Shown here: positions 1-9,448 of the stretch, in pieces
How positions within the stretch are numbered: the stretch's first letter is position 1
How the letters are laid out: the number at the start of each line of letters is the position of its first letter
From: Phycisphaerae bacterium
GTDB taxonomy: Bacteria > Planctomycetota > Phycisphaerae > UBA1845
NCBI GenBank assembly: GCA_963666835.2
Contig: CAXXGO010000001.1
Span: 160,001-224,000, forward strand
DNA: 64,000 bases
Reading direction: 5' to 3'
Program-made: the position numbers and the translations under genes
Notes under the pieces: generated by a model
Seen by the model: only the letters and a program-made list of their open reading frames with translations
The model's database searches: none
What the model was told of the DNA's origin: nothing

Positions 1-602
1 TCCACAATGATTTCCGACTGATGTTCGTACTGGAGGGGCAGCACGTCGATTGGGATCCCAAGCGCCGCATAGGTTTGCGCGACCTCGGAGGAGACCGCGC
101 GGTTTTCGTTGCCGTCGGAGATCAGAACCAGCCGCTTGGAAGTCTGCGCCGGGAAGAGCCCTAGACCGAGCTTTAACACGGAAGCGATGTTGGTTTCATG
201 ACGCCGGGTAGCCGGGGGAAGCCGGTCGGTGGTGAGTCCCGACTTCGGAAGCTGCCACACGGATGGCCGTCCGGCGAATCCGACGCCCGCAACGAGGTCC
301 TTGCCCGGCCGCATTGTCTTGGTGGCGGCGTTTATGAAACCCAAGGCCTCGTTTTCCAACCAACCGGGGATACTGCCGGATGTGTCGAGGGCGAAGACTA
401 CTGTTTGGTCGTCGGTGGTACGGACCCATTGTGGGTCTGCCAGCGCGACAATAAGCACGACAACTACGAGGCACCGCAAACCAACGGCGAGCTTTCTCCT
501 AACCGTTCCCAGAGCGGCGAGAGAGCGACGAGTGAGCAAGACAATGACCGGCAGAATCGCCACAAGAGCGAAGTAGCCGGGCTGTCCGAATTCGACAAAC
601 AT
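1..602 (-). CDS. VWA domain membrane protein with BatA-like N-terminus, 5' part (runs off the left edge)
   Basis: Manual translation from ATG at 602: MFVEFGQPGYFALVAILPVIVLL...VVFALDTSGS (MIDAS DxSxS)...HETNIASVLKLGLGLFPAQTSKRLVLISDGNEN. No stop before base 1, so it is absent from the ORF track. Confidence 0.85.
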   Translation of the reverse strand, partial: MFVEFGQPGYFALVAILPVIVLLTRRSLAALGTVRRKLAVGLRCLVVVVLIVALADPQWVRTTDDQTVVFALDTSGSIPGWLENEALGFINAATKTMRPGKDLVAGVGFAGRPSVWQLPKSGLTTDRLPPATRRHETNIASVLKLGLGLFPAQTSKRLVLISDGNENRAVSSEVAQTYAALGIPIDVLPLQYEHQSEIIV

Positions 603-794
603 TGGTAGCGGCGGCATCGTTGATCTATTATAGGCGCCGGGGGTGTGCATTGGAACGGTCAATCTGCCGGGTGGCCGGGTGCCGGGTGCCATGCCCCACG
701 CTTGCGTGGGCATGTAGAGAGCCGATGGGTGGCCGACGCTGGCGCGGACGATAGCGCCCGCACATGGCACCTCTCGTGTGATGAGGTGAGACGC

Positions 795-1292
795 ATGGAA
801 CCGAAGATACCAGACACAGCGGTTTGCCTCGGTTGCGGTTACTCCCTCAGAGGGCTGCCGGAGGAGCGATGCCCGGAATGTGGGCGTTCGTTCAGTTGGA
901 ACGATGCGACCACATACCGCGTGCAAAAGGCTGCGTCGAGCCGATGCTGGTTTGATATCGCCATCCAGGGCTCGCTGATTCTGGCGACGGTTCTGCTGTG
1001 GTTTCGCGTGCTGACGACAACACGCCCAATCTCGGGGTATGGTGTCTACGGGCGTATCGTGTCACTTGCGGCGATTTGCTTCTCGATACTGAGTCTCCGC
1101 CGTCTTGGGTATGGACCCGCCTCGCGTCGCAACCGCGCGGCTGAAGTGTGCTTACTCCTGGTTCTCTACGCCATGTGGTTTGTTCTGTATTCGCCATGGC
1201 GCTTCCGGGATGCGTTTTCGTCTTGTTTCCCATCGTTGCAGTCAGCGTGGCCAGTCACGTTCTTCACCGATGGCGCTCCGACCGGTTGGTGA
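795..1292 (+). CDS. Zinc-ribbon membrane protein
   Basis: CLGCGYSLRGLPEERCPECG followed by about three hydrophobic segments; GAGGTG Shine-Dalgarno (SD) before ATG 795. Confidence 0.7.
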   Translation: MEPKIPDTAVCLGCGYSLRGLPEERCPECGRSFSWNDATTYRVQKAASSRCWFDIAIQGSLILATVLLWFRVLTTTRPISGYGVYGRIVSLAAICFSILSLRRLGYGPASRRNRAAEVCLLLVLYAMWFVLYSPWRFRDAFSSCFPSLQSAWPVTFFTDGAPTGW

Positions 1293-1460
1293 TAAGAGGT
1301 AGACCTGCCTCGCAGGCGGGTGGCGACCTTCAGGTCTTTCGGGTCGACACCCAGGACGATTGAGGGTCGTCGGACATTGGATGAAGTGTAACATGCGTGC
1401 GATTGCAGCGCCAGGTATGGCCAGGCAAGCGTGGGCCATGGCCCCCGGCAGGGTGCCGGG

Positions 1461-2228
1461 CTAACAAGGTGCGTCCCGCACAGGCTCGGTTTTGAAGGCT
1501 TCGTCTCGCTCCCGCATGCACCTATACCATTCCTCGTCACCATAGAGTTTATCTGCGCATTTGGGGCACACGCTATGACTGAACTCCGCTTCGGAGTGCT
1601 CCTTCATGTACACCTCAACCTGCTTCCAGAAACCGTCATCGTCTCGAATCTGCTTGCAGCTAGCACAGATGGGGATAATCCCCCGAAGAGTCTTGATCTC
1701 GTTGAGGGAGCGCTGTAACTCGCTGTTGGCGTTATCGAGGGCGACGTTCTGCTGGTGAAGCGCCAGGTCGCGTTCAATGAAGCCCTGCAACTTGGTCATA
1801 AGCTCCTCGTGCAGAGCCGAGTGATACGACTCGCGTTCGCTGAGTACACACAGCGTACCGAAAACCCCGCCGCCAGGAAGGGTGATCGGAAAGCCAAGGT
1901 ATGAGATCATGTTCAACTTGATGTCGGGATTCCGGCTCCACTCGCGGTCCTTGAGGGCGTTGGGTACGTGCAAGCGGCTCCGCGTGTTGATCACTCGTTC
2001 GCAGTACAAACCCGACCCGGGCAAGTGCTCGCGGTCGCCGGGGTGGTAGGGATTCCCCTCTGTCTGACTGGCGACCAGGACCTCGATTTCCTCATGATCG
2101 ATTCGCATTATCAAGCCGGCGGGGACGCCCAGGAGCTTCGCCATGATGTCGACGACCGATTGCCAACCCTTGATGAGCTGCTCATGCACTTCTACCACCG
2201 TATCTTGAGCGAATCCGATGTCCTCCAT
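1461..2228 (-). CDS. GAF domain protein with C-terminal CxxC...CxxC zinc-binding output domain
   Basis: GAF motif YLGFPITLPGGGVFGTLCVL, a coiled coil, then IPICASCKQIRDDDGFWKQVEVY...FSHSVCPKC; AGGAGG SD. Confidence 0.85.
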   Translation of the reverse strand: MEDIGFAQDTVVEVHEQLIKGWQSVVDIMAKLLGVPAGLIMRIDHEEIEVLVASQTEGNPYHPGDREHLPGSGLYCERVINTRSRLHVPNALKDREWSRNPDIKLNMISYLGFPITLPGGGVFGTLCVLSERESYHSALHEELMTKLQGFIERDLALHQQNVALDNANSELQRSLNEIKTLRGIIPICASCKQIRDDDGFWKQVEVYMKEHSEAEFSHSVCPKCADKLYGDEEWYRCMRERDEAFKTEPVRDAPC

Positions 2229-2360
2229 AATGCACCTCCTTCGCGTAGACAATGCCTTATCGGCGGGATACGGGGATCAGCCCATTGTTTCTCGACTTGA
2301 CATTTGCCAGACACCAGGACCCAGAAGGCCATAATGTTGGCAGCTCCGTGCCGATCCGAG

Positions 2361-3734
2361 TCAGAGCGGCTCTTCTAACCCAAGCTCGTCAATCCTCTTA
2401 TAAAGCGTGGTGCGGCTGATCTTGAGGAGCTTGGCGGCCTTCGTAATGTTCCAACCGGTTGCCTGCAACGCCTGCGCCGTACGTTCTCTTACCAGGTGTG
2501 CGTTAGCCCTGTGACGCCGCTTTGGCAGAAGCGATCCGGCCGGCAACGTCTCTTGCGAAGTGCCTGAAACAACTTCGGCAGGAAGATGCGGCAAGCCAAT
2601 GAGCCCGCTTTGACATTTGACAAAGGCATACTCAATCGCGTTTTCCAGCTCCCGCACGTTGCCGGGCCAACTGTGGTCCACCAGTGCCGACAATGCCTCC
2701 TTATCGACACCTTCGATGGGGCGATTAGTCTCTTGCCGGAATCCCTGCATGAAGTGCTGGACCAACAACGGAATGTCGTCTCGGCGTTCTCGCAGAGCCG
2801 GCAACCGGATCGGGACCACCCGCAGGCGATAATACAAATCCTGCCGAAACGAGCCGGACCTCACCACGTCGGCCAGCGTGCGGTTCGTGGCGGAAACGAC
2901 TCGGAAATCAACGGGGATTGACTTGTCACTACCCACGCGCTCGATCGTGCGTTCTTGGAGCACGCGCAGTAACTTGACCTGGATCAAAGATGAAATGTCC
3001 CCGATCTCATCCAGGAAGATGGTACCGCCGGCCGCCGCTTCGAATCGCCCCTTCTTGTCCCGGACGGCGCCGGTGAAGGCGCCGCGAACGTGACCGAACA
3101 ACTCGCTCTCGAGAAGGCTCTCAGCCAATGCCGAGCAGTTGACCGCAACGAACGGGTTCTTGGATCGCGTACCGTGATAGTAGTGAATCGCTCGGGCAAC
3201 AAGCTCCTTTCCGGTTCCACTCTCCCCCTCGATCAGGACGGTGGCATCGGAATCGGCAACTTCCTCTACCAGGCCGAACACCTCCTGCATCTGTTTGCTC
3301 TTGCCGACGATGTTGTGCAACTTGTACTTGCGGCCCAGGTCGCGTTTGAGTGATACGATTTCCGTAACGTCCCGAAACGACACGAGCCCCCCAACCTCGC
3401 GATCCTGAGCATCTCGAAGAACAGATGTGCTTACGGCAAGCACTCGGCGTACGCCCGACACGAGGTTCATTTCGACCTCGTAATCCCGAATCGGCTCCCG
3501 TTTCAGAATAGACTCGAACAGGACGGACTCGGGGCCACAGAACCTCTCGCCCAGCACGCAAAGGCACCCCTTCATCAGGGCTTTGTCGCGGGTTACGCCC
3601 AAAGTGTCGCAAGCCACTCGGTTGATACCCGTAATGCGCCCTTGGTCATCCAGGGTGAGAATACCCTCGGACAGGCTGTCGAGAATCGATTGGACGTTGT
3701 GGGCGGCCGTGCCCAGTTCTTCGTTCGTATCCAT
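2361..3734 (-). CDS. PAS-domain sigma-54-dependent transcriptional activator (NtrC/Fis family)
   Basis: N-terminal PAS domain, Walker A GESGTGKE, GAFTGA, Walker B FLDEIG, WPGNVREL, C-terminal Fis HTH. Confidence 0.95.
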   Translation of the reverse strand: MDTNEELGTAAHNVQSILDSLSEGILTLDDQGRITGINRVACDTLGVTRDKALMKGCLCVLGERFCGPESVLFESILKREPIRDYEVEMNLVSGVRRVLAVSTSVLRDAQDREVGGLVSFRDVTEIVSLKRDLGRKYKLHNIVGKSKQMQEVFGLVEEVADSDATVLIEGESGTGKELVARAIHYYHGTRSKNPFVAVNCSALAESLLESELFGHVRGAFTGAVRDKKGRFEAAAGGTIFLDEIGDISSLIQVKLLRVLQERTIERVGSDKSIPVDFRVVSATNRTLADVVRSGSFRQDLYYRLRVVPIRLPALRERRDDIPLLVQHFMQGFRQETNRPIEGVDKEALSALVDHSWPGNVRELENAIEYAFVKCQSGLIGLPHLPAEVVSGTSQETLPAGSLLPKRRHRANAHLVRERTAQALQATGWNITKAAKLLKISRTTLYKRIDELGLEEPL

Positions 3735-3883
3735 GGCGACTGTTCACCTACTCGACAGAATAGACATACTGAACAGTATTGTCCAATATAGCCGGACAAA
3801 CTGGACAGGTCAAGGCCAACGGTTGCGACCGCAACCTATTGTCAATCCAGTAGTTATGCGCCTTGGCCGCTGTGCGCCGGTTC

Positions 3884-3899
3884 TGGCACGGTGGTTGAC
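3884..3899 (+). promoter_or_regulatory. Putative sigma-54 -24/-12 promoter of the thioredoxin gene
   Basis: TGGCACG-GTGG-TTGAC versus consensus TGGCACG-N4-TTGC (-12 element deviates); divergent from the activator gene. Confidence 0.5.
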
Positions 3900-3978
3900 A
3901 TATACCCGGTGTGAGATTCGTAGACCACGCGCCGCCGAAGAGTGTTCGGTTTCGGCGCCATTACGAAGGAGAAGACCA

Positions 3979-4302
3979 ATGTCTAGCGCTACCGTCAAGC
4001 AACTTGATAACTCAGATTTTGCTGCGGCCGTGGAGAGCGGCGTCACCCTCGTGGATTTTTGGGCTCCATGGTGTGCTCCGTGCAAAGCGATGGGGCCGGT
4101 CCTCGAGCAAGTGGCGGATTCGCTCGATGGGCAAGTCACTATCGCGAAAGTCAACGTGGATGAGAGCCCGGAATTGGCCGCCGAGTTTCGGGTGCAGTCC
4201 ATTCCGCTGCTCGTTTTGCTCAAGGACGGGCAGGAGCTCGACCGCGCGGTCGGCATGCTCCCGCCGAACAAGCTCCTCAAGATGATTGAGAAGGGCCGCT
4301 GA
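3979..4302 (+). CDS. trxA: Thioredoxin
   Basis: VDFWAPWCAPC, AKVNVDE, VQSIP; 107 aa; AAGGAG SD. Confidence 0.93.
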   Translation: MSSATVKQLDNSDFAAAVESGVTLVDFWAPWCAPCKAMGPVLEQVADSLDGQVTIAKVNVDESPELAAEFRVQSIPLLVLLKDGQELDRAVGMLPPNKLLKMIEKGR

Positions 4303-4469
4303 CACCGCTTGCCCGCATGGGGCAGGGCGTAACGCATCAGGCCCAGACGTACCGACAGGTGTTTTGGATAAACAGGTGAGCCTCTTGAGCCAGTGAACGC
4401 GTGTTTCCACAGCGAAGAGGCAGGTTGGCTGCCCACTGAGGCAGCGACATACTCAACCGGAGAAACATT

Positions 4470-5090
4470 ATGAAACGTACACTACGCCGAGGAAGTTATG
4501 GGGTATTTATTTTGGTGTTTGCGGGGATACTCACGGGTTGCGCCACGGAACGATCTGCGCGTTTCGGGCTGATCAACGGGAATGACAAGCCCCGCCTGGT
4601 CAGCGAAAGCGAGATGCCCCGCGGGGGCTCCACGCTGGACTTCACGTTCACCGATAGTAGTGGGCACAAGCGGACGTTCTCAGAGGCGCGCGGTGTCGTT
4701 ACTGCCGTCGTCTTTCCGGAATCCTCATCCTGGCCCGAATGCACGCGATGTCAGAGGCTCGAAGAGCTTGCGAGCCGGGTCGCCAGATCGAGGACTCCGG
4801 TAACGGTCATGAGCATCGTCACTCCCCCGCAGCAATGTGAAGACGTTCGAGCCGAGTTTGCTGAATGCGGCATTAAGGGATACTCCCAGCTCTTGGCGCT
4901 GTGTGACGATGAAACACGAATCCGCGAACTGTTCGGGACGGACGTTATCGGGAAGTTCTTTGTTTTCGATTCCTACAGCGACATCGTTGCCAGCGGCAAA
5001 CTGACTGAGATAGACGAACTCGAGCGGGCGATTCGCAAGGCCGTGGAGCCCCATGAGGAATACGTGTGGAGCGAGGAGGTGCGCGACTGA
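4470..5090 (+). CDS. Lipoprotein with thioredoxin-like (redoxin) fold
   Basis: Lipobox ILTGC; LDFTFTDSSGHKRTFSE...WPECTRC (CxxC)...LCD pattern of TlpA/AhpC-like redoxins. Confidence 0.6.
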   Translation: MKRTLRRGSYGVFILVFAGILTGCATERSARFGLINGNDKPRLVSESEMPRGGSTLDFTFTDSSGHKRTFSEARGVVTAVVFPESSSWPECTRCQRLEELASRVARSRTPVTVMSIVTPPQQCEDVRAEFAECGIKGYSQLLALCDDETRIRELFGTDVIGKFFVFDSYSDIVASGKLTEIDELERAIRKAVEPHEEYVWSEEVRD

Positions 5091-5361
5091 TTCCGGCGCG
5101 GCTTCGACAGGCCGTGGCTGGGCCGCCGGCGAAGTTTGCCTTGGCGGGCAGGTGACTGCCATACTGGTCAGTCATCTGCCCGCTCGTGTGGTATGCGTTC
5201 CATTATGGCATTCTCAAGGCCTGCGATTCTTGCGCTTATGTCAGATCAACCACCGTCCATCGTTAGGGCTTGATATAATACGTACAAGTATAGTCGTTCG
5301 TTGTGGAGACCGCGAACGAGGGCCAATCACAGCGTTCTCTTTTCGCAAAGTAGGTGCAATC

Positions 5362-6936
5362 ATGTTGCGTCGCCCATTCTGTTCATTGTCCATCGGTGTC
5401 GCCGCCCTTATTGTCGGCGGCGTCCACGGCTGCCATAGACCAGACCGAACACGGCAGTTGGCGGTAACGACAAAGCCGGCGGAAGATCACTCAGAGGCTT
5501 CAACCCAGGCAGCTTCTTCAAAACCATCCGACGGCTCCGCTCATTCCCTCAGCAAGAAACCGCTCCATGAGAGGCTTCTCGCCGACGCTCTCCTTGTGGA
5601 CGAGTATGAAGGAATCGCCGAGAACTGCCTCATCTGTCACTCCGGTCACGCCGACGATCTTATCAAAACGGTGCACTGGAATTGGAAGGGCGCCGTTACT
5701 GACATCGAGGGGCTCGCGGGCCAAGTCCACGGCAAGCGAGACCTGATTAACAACTGTTGCATAGGGGTCTCCTCGAACGAAGGCCGCTGCACCGCGTGTC
5801 ACCCGAGTTACGGGTGGAAGTCCGGCACTGACGAGTCGTTCTTCACCGACCCGGCCAACATCGACTGTCTTGTATGCCATGACACCACCGGCAAGTACCG
5901 TAAGCACCCGACGGCCGGCGGCGGAGGCGGAATGGCGGCTTTGCTGGTGGACAATACGGTGGTTCCGGTTGAGCCCGCAGACCTCACTGAGATTGCGTAC
6001 AATGTCGGGAAACCCACGCGGGCCAATTGCGGATTGTGCCATTTCTATGCGGGCGGCGGTGACAATGTGAAGCATGGCGATCTCTCATCGGACCTGATTG
6101 CGCCGGCGGCGGCAGACGACGTTCACATGGGCGGGGAGAACTTCTCCTGCCAGGAATGCCACACAGAATCCAACCACAGGATTGCCGGCACTACTGCCAT
6201 GTATGGCCACGAAGGAGAAGTATCATGTACGGACTGCCACGACGATAACGAATCGCACACGGAAGGCGATGAGCAAATCGCCGCCGTGCTGAACCGGCAT
6301 ACGGAGCGCGTGGCTTGCCAAACCTGCCATATACCGAGGTTTTCACGCAGCCAGGCGACGAAAGTCGAGTGGTATTGGGATGAAGCCGGCGAGGACCGCG
6401 CCGATAGCCCGACGCAATTCGGTAAGCCGACTTACAGCAAAGGGAAGGGGCGCTTCGTCTGGGCGAAGAACGTCAAGCCTACGTACTTGTGGTTCGACGG
6501 TAAATGGAAGCGCATGGTTGTGAATGCTCTAGACACATACAGCCAGGCCGGCACGGTTGCCGACCCGGTTGTCGTCGCCGCGCCAACGGCTTCAATCGAC
6601 AATGAGGATGCGAAGATCTCCCCGTTTAAGAAGCTGGCCGGCCGACAGCCGGCCGACACCGTCAACAAGCGGCTGCTTGTACCGCACCTATTCGGCGACG
6701 GGCCAGGACCGAACCCGTATTGGGCGGAGTTTGAATGGGATCGGTCGATTGCCGAAGGTACGGCCTACTCCGGCCAGCCCTATAGCGGCCAATACGGCTT
6801 TGCGAACACTGTCGCCTACTTCAGCATCAATCACGAGGTCGCACCAAAGGAAGCTGCGTTGCGCTGTAACGACTGCCACGGGGACGAGGGGTTCTTCAAG
6901 GCGTTGGGCTATGATAAGGACCCCTCGCGGGATTAG
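5362..6936 (+). CDS. Octaheme c-type cytochrome, tetrathionate reductase (Otr) family
   Basis: Eight CxxCH motifs (CLICH, CTACH, CLVCH, CGLCH, CQECH, CTDCH, CQTCH, CNDCH); Otr-like motifs HWNW, GK..INN.C, GGGDNVKHGDL, DVHMG, INHEVAPKE.AL.C; lipobox-like VHGC. Confidence 0.85.
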   Translation: MLRRPFCSLSIGVAALIVGGVHGCHRPDRTRQLAVTTKPAEDHSEASTQAASSKPSDGSAHSLSKKPLHERLLADALLVDEYEGIAENCLICHSGHADDLIKTVHWNWKGAVTDIEGLAGQVHGKRDLINNCCIGVSSNEGRCTACHPSYGWKSGTDESFFTDPANIDCLVCHDTTGKYRKHPTAGGGGGMAALLVDNTVVPVEPADLTEIAYNVGKPTRANCGLCHFYAGGGDNVKHGDLSSDLIAPAAADDVHMGGENFSCQECHTESNHRIAGTTAMYGHEGEVSCTDCHDDNESHTEGDEQIAAVLNRHTERVACQTCHIPRFSRSQATKVEWYWDEAGEDRADSPTQFGKPTYSKGKGRFVWAKNVKPTYLWFDGKWKRMVVNALDTYSQAGTVADPVVVAAPTASIDNEDAKISPFKKLAGRQPADTVNKRLLVPHLFGDGPGPNPYWAEFEWDRSIAEGTAYSGQPYSGQYGFANTVAYFSINHEVAPKEAALRCNDCHGDEGFFKALGYDKDPSRD

Positions 6937-6991
6937 AATAACACCGGAAGGAAGACCGGCGAGCGACACAGGAACTCCTCGGGCAGATTGC

Positions 6992-7014
6992 ATGCCCCAC
7001 GTTTCCTGGGCATA
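6992..7014. terminator. Hairpin between the convergent cytochrome genes
   Basis: ATGCCCCA-cgtttcc-TGGGGCAT stem; no U-tract. Confidence 0.3.
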
Positions 7015-7246
7015 GTGCGGATTGGCATCGCGCCAAGTAGGGTTGGACGTGCCCTGGTTGCCGCCCCACTGTTCGCTCGTACGAGAGTGCTGGGTGCGGC
7101 GCCACGGTCCACATTAGCGCGGACCTTTGCGTCCAGGCATTGAAGTAGGCGGGGCAGGCACGAACCCGGAGGATCATGCCTGCCCCGTAGGAGATAGTTC
7201 ACCTATATCGACTGTCGCGCAGTCGAGTACCTCTCGGCACTTGCCT

Positions 7247-8653
7247 CTATTCCGGCTCCGGTCCCGTAGCCCCAATGGCACTCATTTGCGACTCGGTAAG
7301 CGGTGTAGCAAACAGCATCTGATTCCCCTCGGTCGGACCGGTGTCATAATTCATCCACAAGGTCGGATCGCTTTCTGCTGCGGGCGTTGTCGGATCACCG
7401 GTGTAGTCGAGCCAAGCGAACAAAAAGGCTGTCGCCCAGTTCTCCGGCACGGGCACAATGCCACTTACTGACGTGAGTCTTGCAGCCCCTTCCTCGGTGT
7501 CATCCCAGGAGGCAATCGTAACCGTTCCAGCTTCATTGTACTCAGTAATAGCCTCAATGTCACCGCCGAAGTTGGCATGGCAGTCAGCGCAGACCCGACC
7601 CTGGTGAGCAATCGAGTGCGCGTAGTATGGAGCAATCGCAACGAACTTCTGTTGTTCGTTCACGACGCTCTGGAAGGTAGCTCCGTACACCTTGTCTTTA
7701 CCCTCTCTGTTGACCAGGAACACGAAGTCGCTGACCTTGGAGAAGGCACGTTTGTTGTTATCCATGGCGAGTTCACTGTCGAAGTGACAGTTGTAGCAAC
7801 TGAGCACCGACTGCATGTGACAGGCGGAGCAGTCGAGAGTCGCCAGGTGCGTGGCGTGTTCTGTTACAGTGGTGGGGGGGGCGGTCGCGCTGCCACCCTC
7901 GACGTGGCAATCCTGGCACGCCGCGTGTGGGTAATCCGGGTCCAAGAAAGACGTGTACTCGTTACCGTCGCCATGCATGTCCACTAAGCCGTGACATGCC
8001 GTGCATGCCATGCCCGCGTCGCGGTGTACATCGGTGAACAAGGCGGCCTCAGATGTCTGGCGGCTGTGACACCCCGAGCAGAGGGCATCGTCGATGCCTT
8101 CGGAAGGATCATCGAGGTTAACGTGGCAGTTCTCGCAGCTTTCGCTCCCAGGCCACTCAACCGGCGGGTCTGCGTTCTCAAACCGCGACTTATCGTGGCA
8201 TTGGTCGCATGCCAATTCGTCGTATGGGACATTGGTTACCGTCTCGAACCCACCGTTGGCCGCGCTGTAAAACGTCTCCATGCCGCGGAAGTTGTCGTCA
8301 TGCAGACTTGTTGGGAAAGTGTCCTCCGGGCCAATCACGGCCTCTACGCATACGCCGTCGTCACACTCTTCGCCTTCCGCGCAATCCGCATCCGTTTCGC
8401 ACTCAGGCTCCGGCGCGGCCGTGCACACTCCATCGTCGCATACTTCGCCTTCTGCACAATCGGCGTCGGTAGTACACTCAGGCTCCGGTGCGGCGGTACA
8501 AACACCATCATCACACACTTGGCCTTCTGCGCAATCCGCGTCGGTCGTACACTCGGGGGTCGGCGTCGTAGGGCAGCCCACCGTCAACAGAACGCACACA
8601 AGTGGCGCGAGACCCAACGCCACCAATCTGAAAACTGCTCGTCTTCTTAACAT
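7247..8653 (-). CDS. Octaheme cytochrome c lipoprotein with three N-terminal Cys-rich repeats
   Basis: Lipobox LTVGC; three copies of ECxTDADCAEGxxCDDGVC; eight CxxCH motifs (CDQCH, CENCH, CSGCH, CTACH, CQDCH, CSACH, CYNCH, CADCH). Confidence 0.88.
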   Translation of the reverse strand: MLRRRAVFRLVALGLAPLVCVLLTVGCPTTPTPECTTDADCAEGQVCDDGVCTAAPEPECTTDADCAEGEVCDDGVCTAAPEPECETDADCAEGEECDDGVCVEAVIGPEDTFPTSLHDDNFRGMETFYSAANGGFETVTNVPYDELACDQCHDKSRFENADPPVEWPGSESCENCHVNLDDPSEGIDDALCSGCHSRQTSEAALFTDVHRDAGMACTACHGLVDMHGDGNEYTSFLDPDYPHAACQDCHVEGGSATAPPTTVTEHATHLATLDCSACHMQSVLSCYNCHFDSELAMDNNKRAFSKVSDFVFLVNREGKDKVYGATFQSVVNEQQKFVAIAPYYAHSIAHQGRVCADCHANFGGDIEAITEYNEAGTVTIASWDDTEEGAARLTSVSGIVPVPENWATAFLFAWLDYTGDPTTPAAESDPTLWMNYDTGPTEGNQMLFATPLTESQMSAIGATGPEPE

Positions 8654-9068
8654 GCCATGTTCTCCCTGTTTGCCTTGATTAGCCGTGTATCACTCTGCGA
8701 CCGGCCGGATCCGTCTGACCAAGTCGGAGCATACAATCTCCGTTTCCGGCGTAGTAGATTGAAAGGTCATTCGTCTTGCAGGACCACCTCCCTGATGTCC
8801 GCTTCCAAGGGCTGCGGCCCGGTTTCTTGTCTTGAGCCCATCGGTGCCCAGGCATCCGAGCCGGGGCGAGAACTCCTCCCGGGCGCGATCGACGAATCGA
8901 CTACTAGAATCATCAGCTAAACCGATCAAGAGGTCAATAGGTGTGGACTTCGTCGGGCGGCCCCCCGGCGAGCCGCGGCAGGCGCCGCCGCCGTACCTGG
9001 CGTGGAATGTTGATTCCTGCGGCCTGGAGTGCGAGAATACGCCGCTACGCTCAACCAAAGGGGTTTTG

Positions 9069-9377
9069 ATGGGCAAAGGCCGACCAACAGAACGTATTCC
9101 CTCCCGGGTTCTTCAGGAAGTAGCTCCGGTACTCCGCGTGCCGGCCCATCCGCACCGCCTTCGAATCGTAGAGATTCTGATGCTCGAGTCGGTCTCGGTG
9201 GCGAAGCTGGCTTCGATGCTCAAGCTCGAGCCCCCCGTGGTCAGCCAGCATCTCGCCCAGATGCGAGCCAATCGGATTGTGACCCCACACCGCGAGGGCA
9301 AGCAGGTTTACTATGAAGTGATCAACCCCAACGCCACCAACCTGATCAATTGCATCCGGGCGCACGGCGCGGGATAG
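9069..9377 (+). CDS. ArsR/SmtB family transcriptional regulator
   Basis: AHPHRLRIVEIL...VSQHLAQMR...REGKQVYY; C-terminal Cys in LINCI. Confidence 0.85.
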   Translation: MGKGRPTERIPSRVLQEVAPVLRVPAHPHRLRIVEILMLESVSVAKLASMLKLEPPVVSQHLAQMRANRIVTPHREGKQVYYEVINPNATNLINCIRAHGAG

Positions 9378-9448
9378 CGTTTTCTTGACTGCCTGACGTG
9401 GCCCGAACGTACGTATGACCTATTCTTGTTAACATGGAGGATTATGAG

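Noticed and set aside
198..608. 136-aa plus-strand ORF
   Set aside because: Antisense shadow of the VWA gene on the minus strand.
5270..5295. FNR-like box upstream of the Otr gene
   Set aside because: Only the TTGAT half-site is present; there is no ATCAA at the right spacing.
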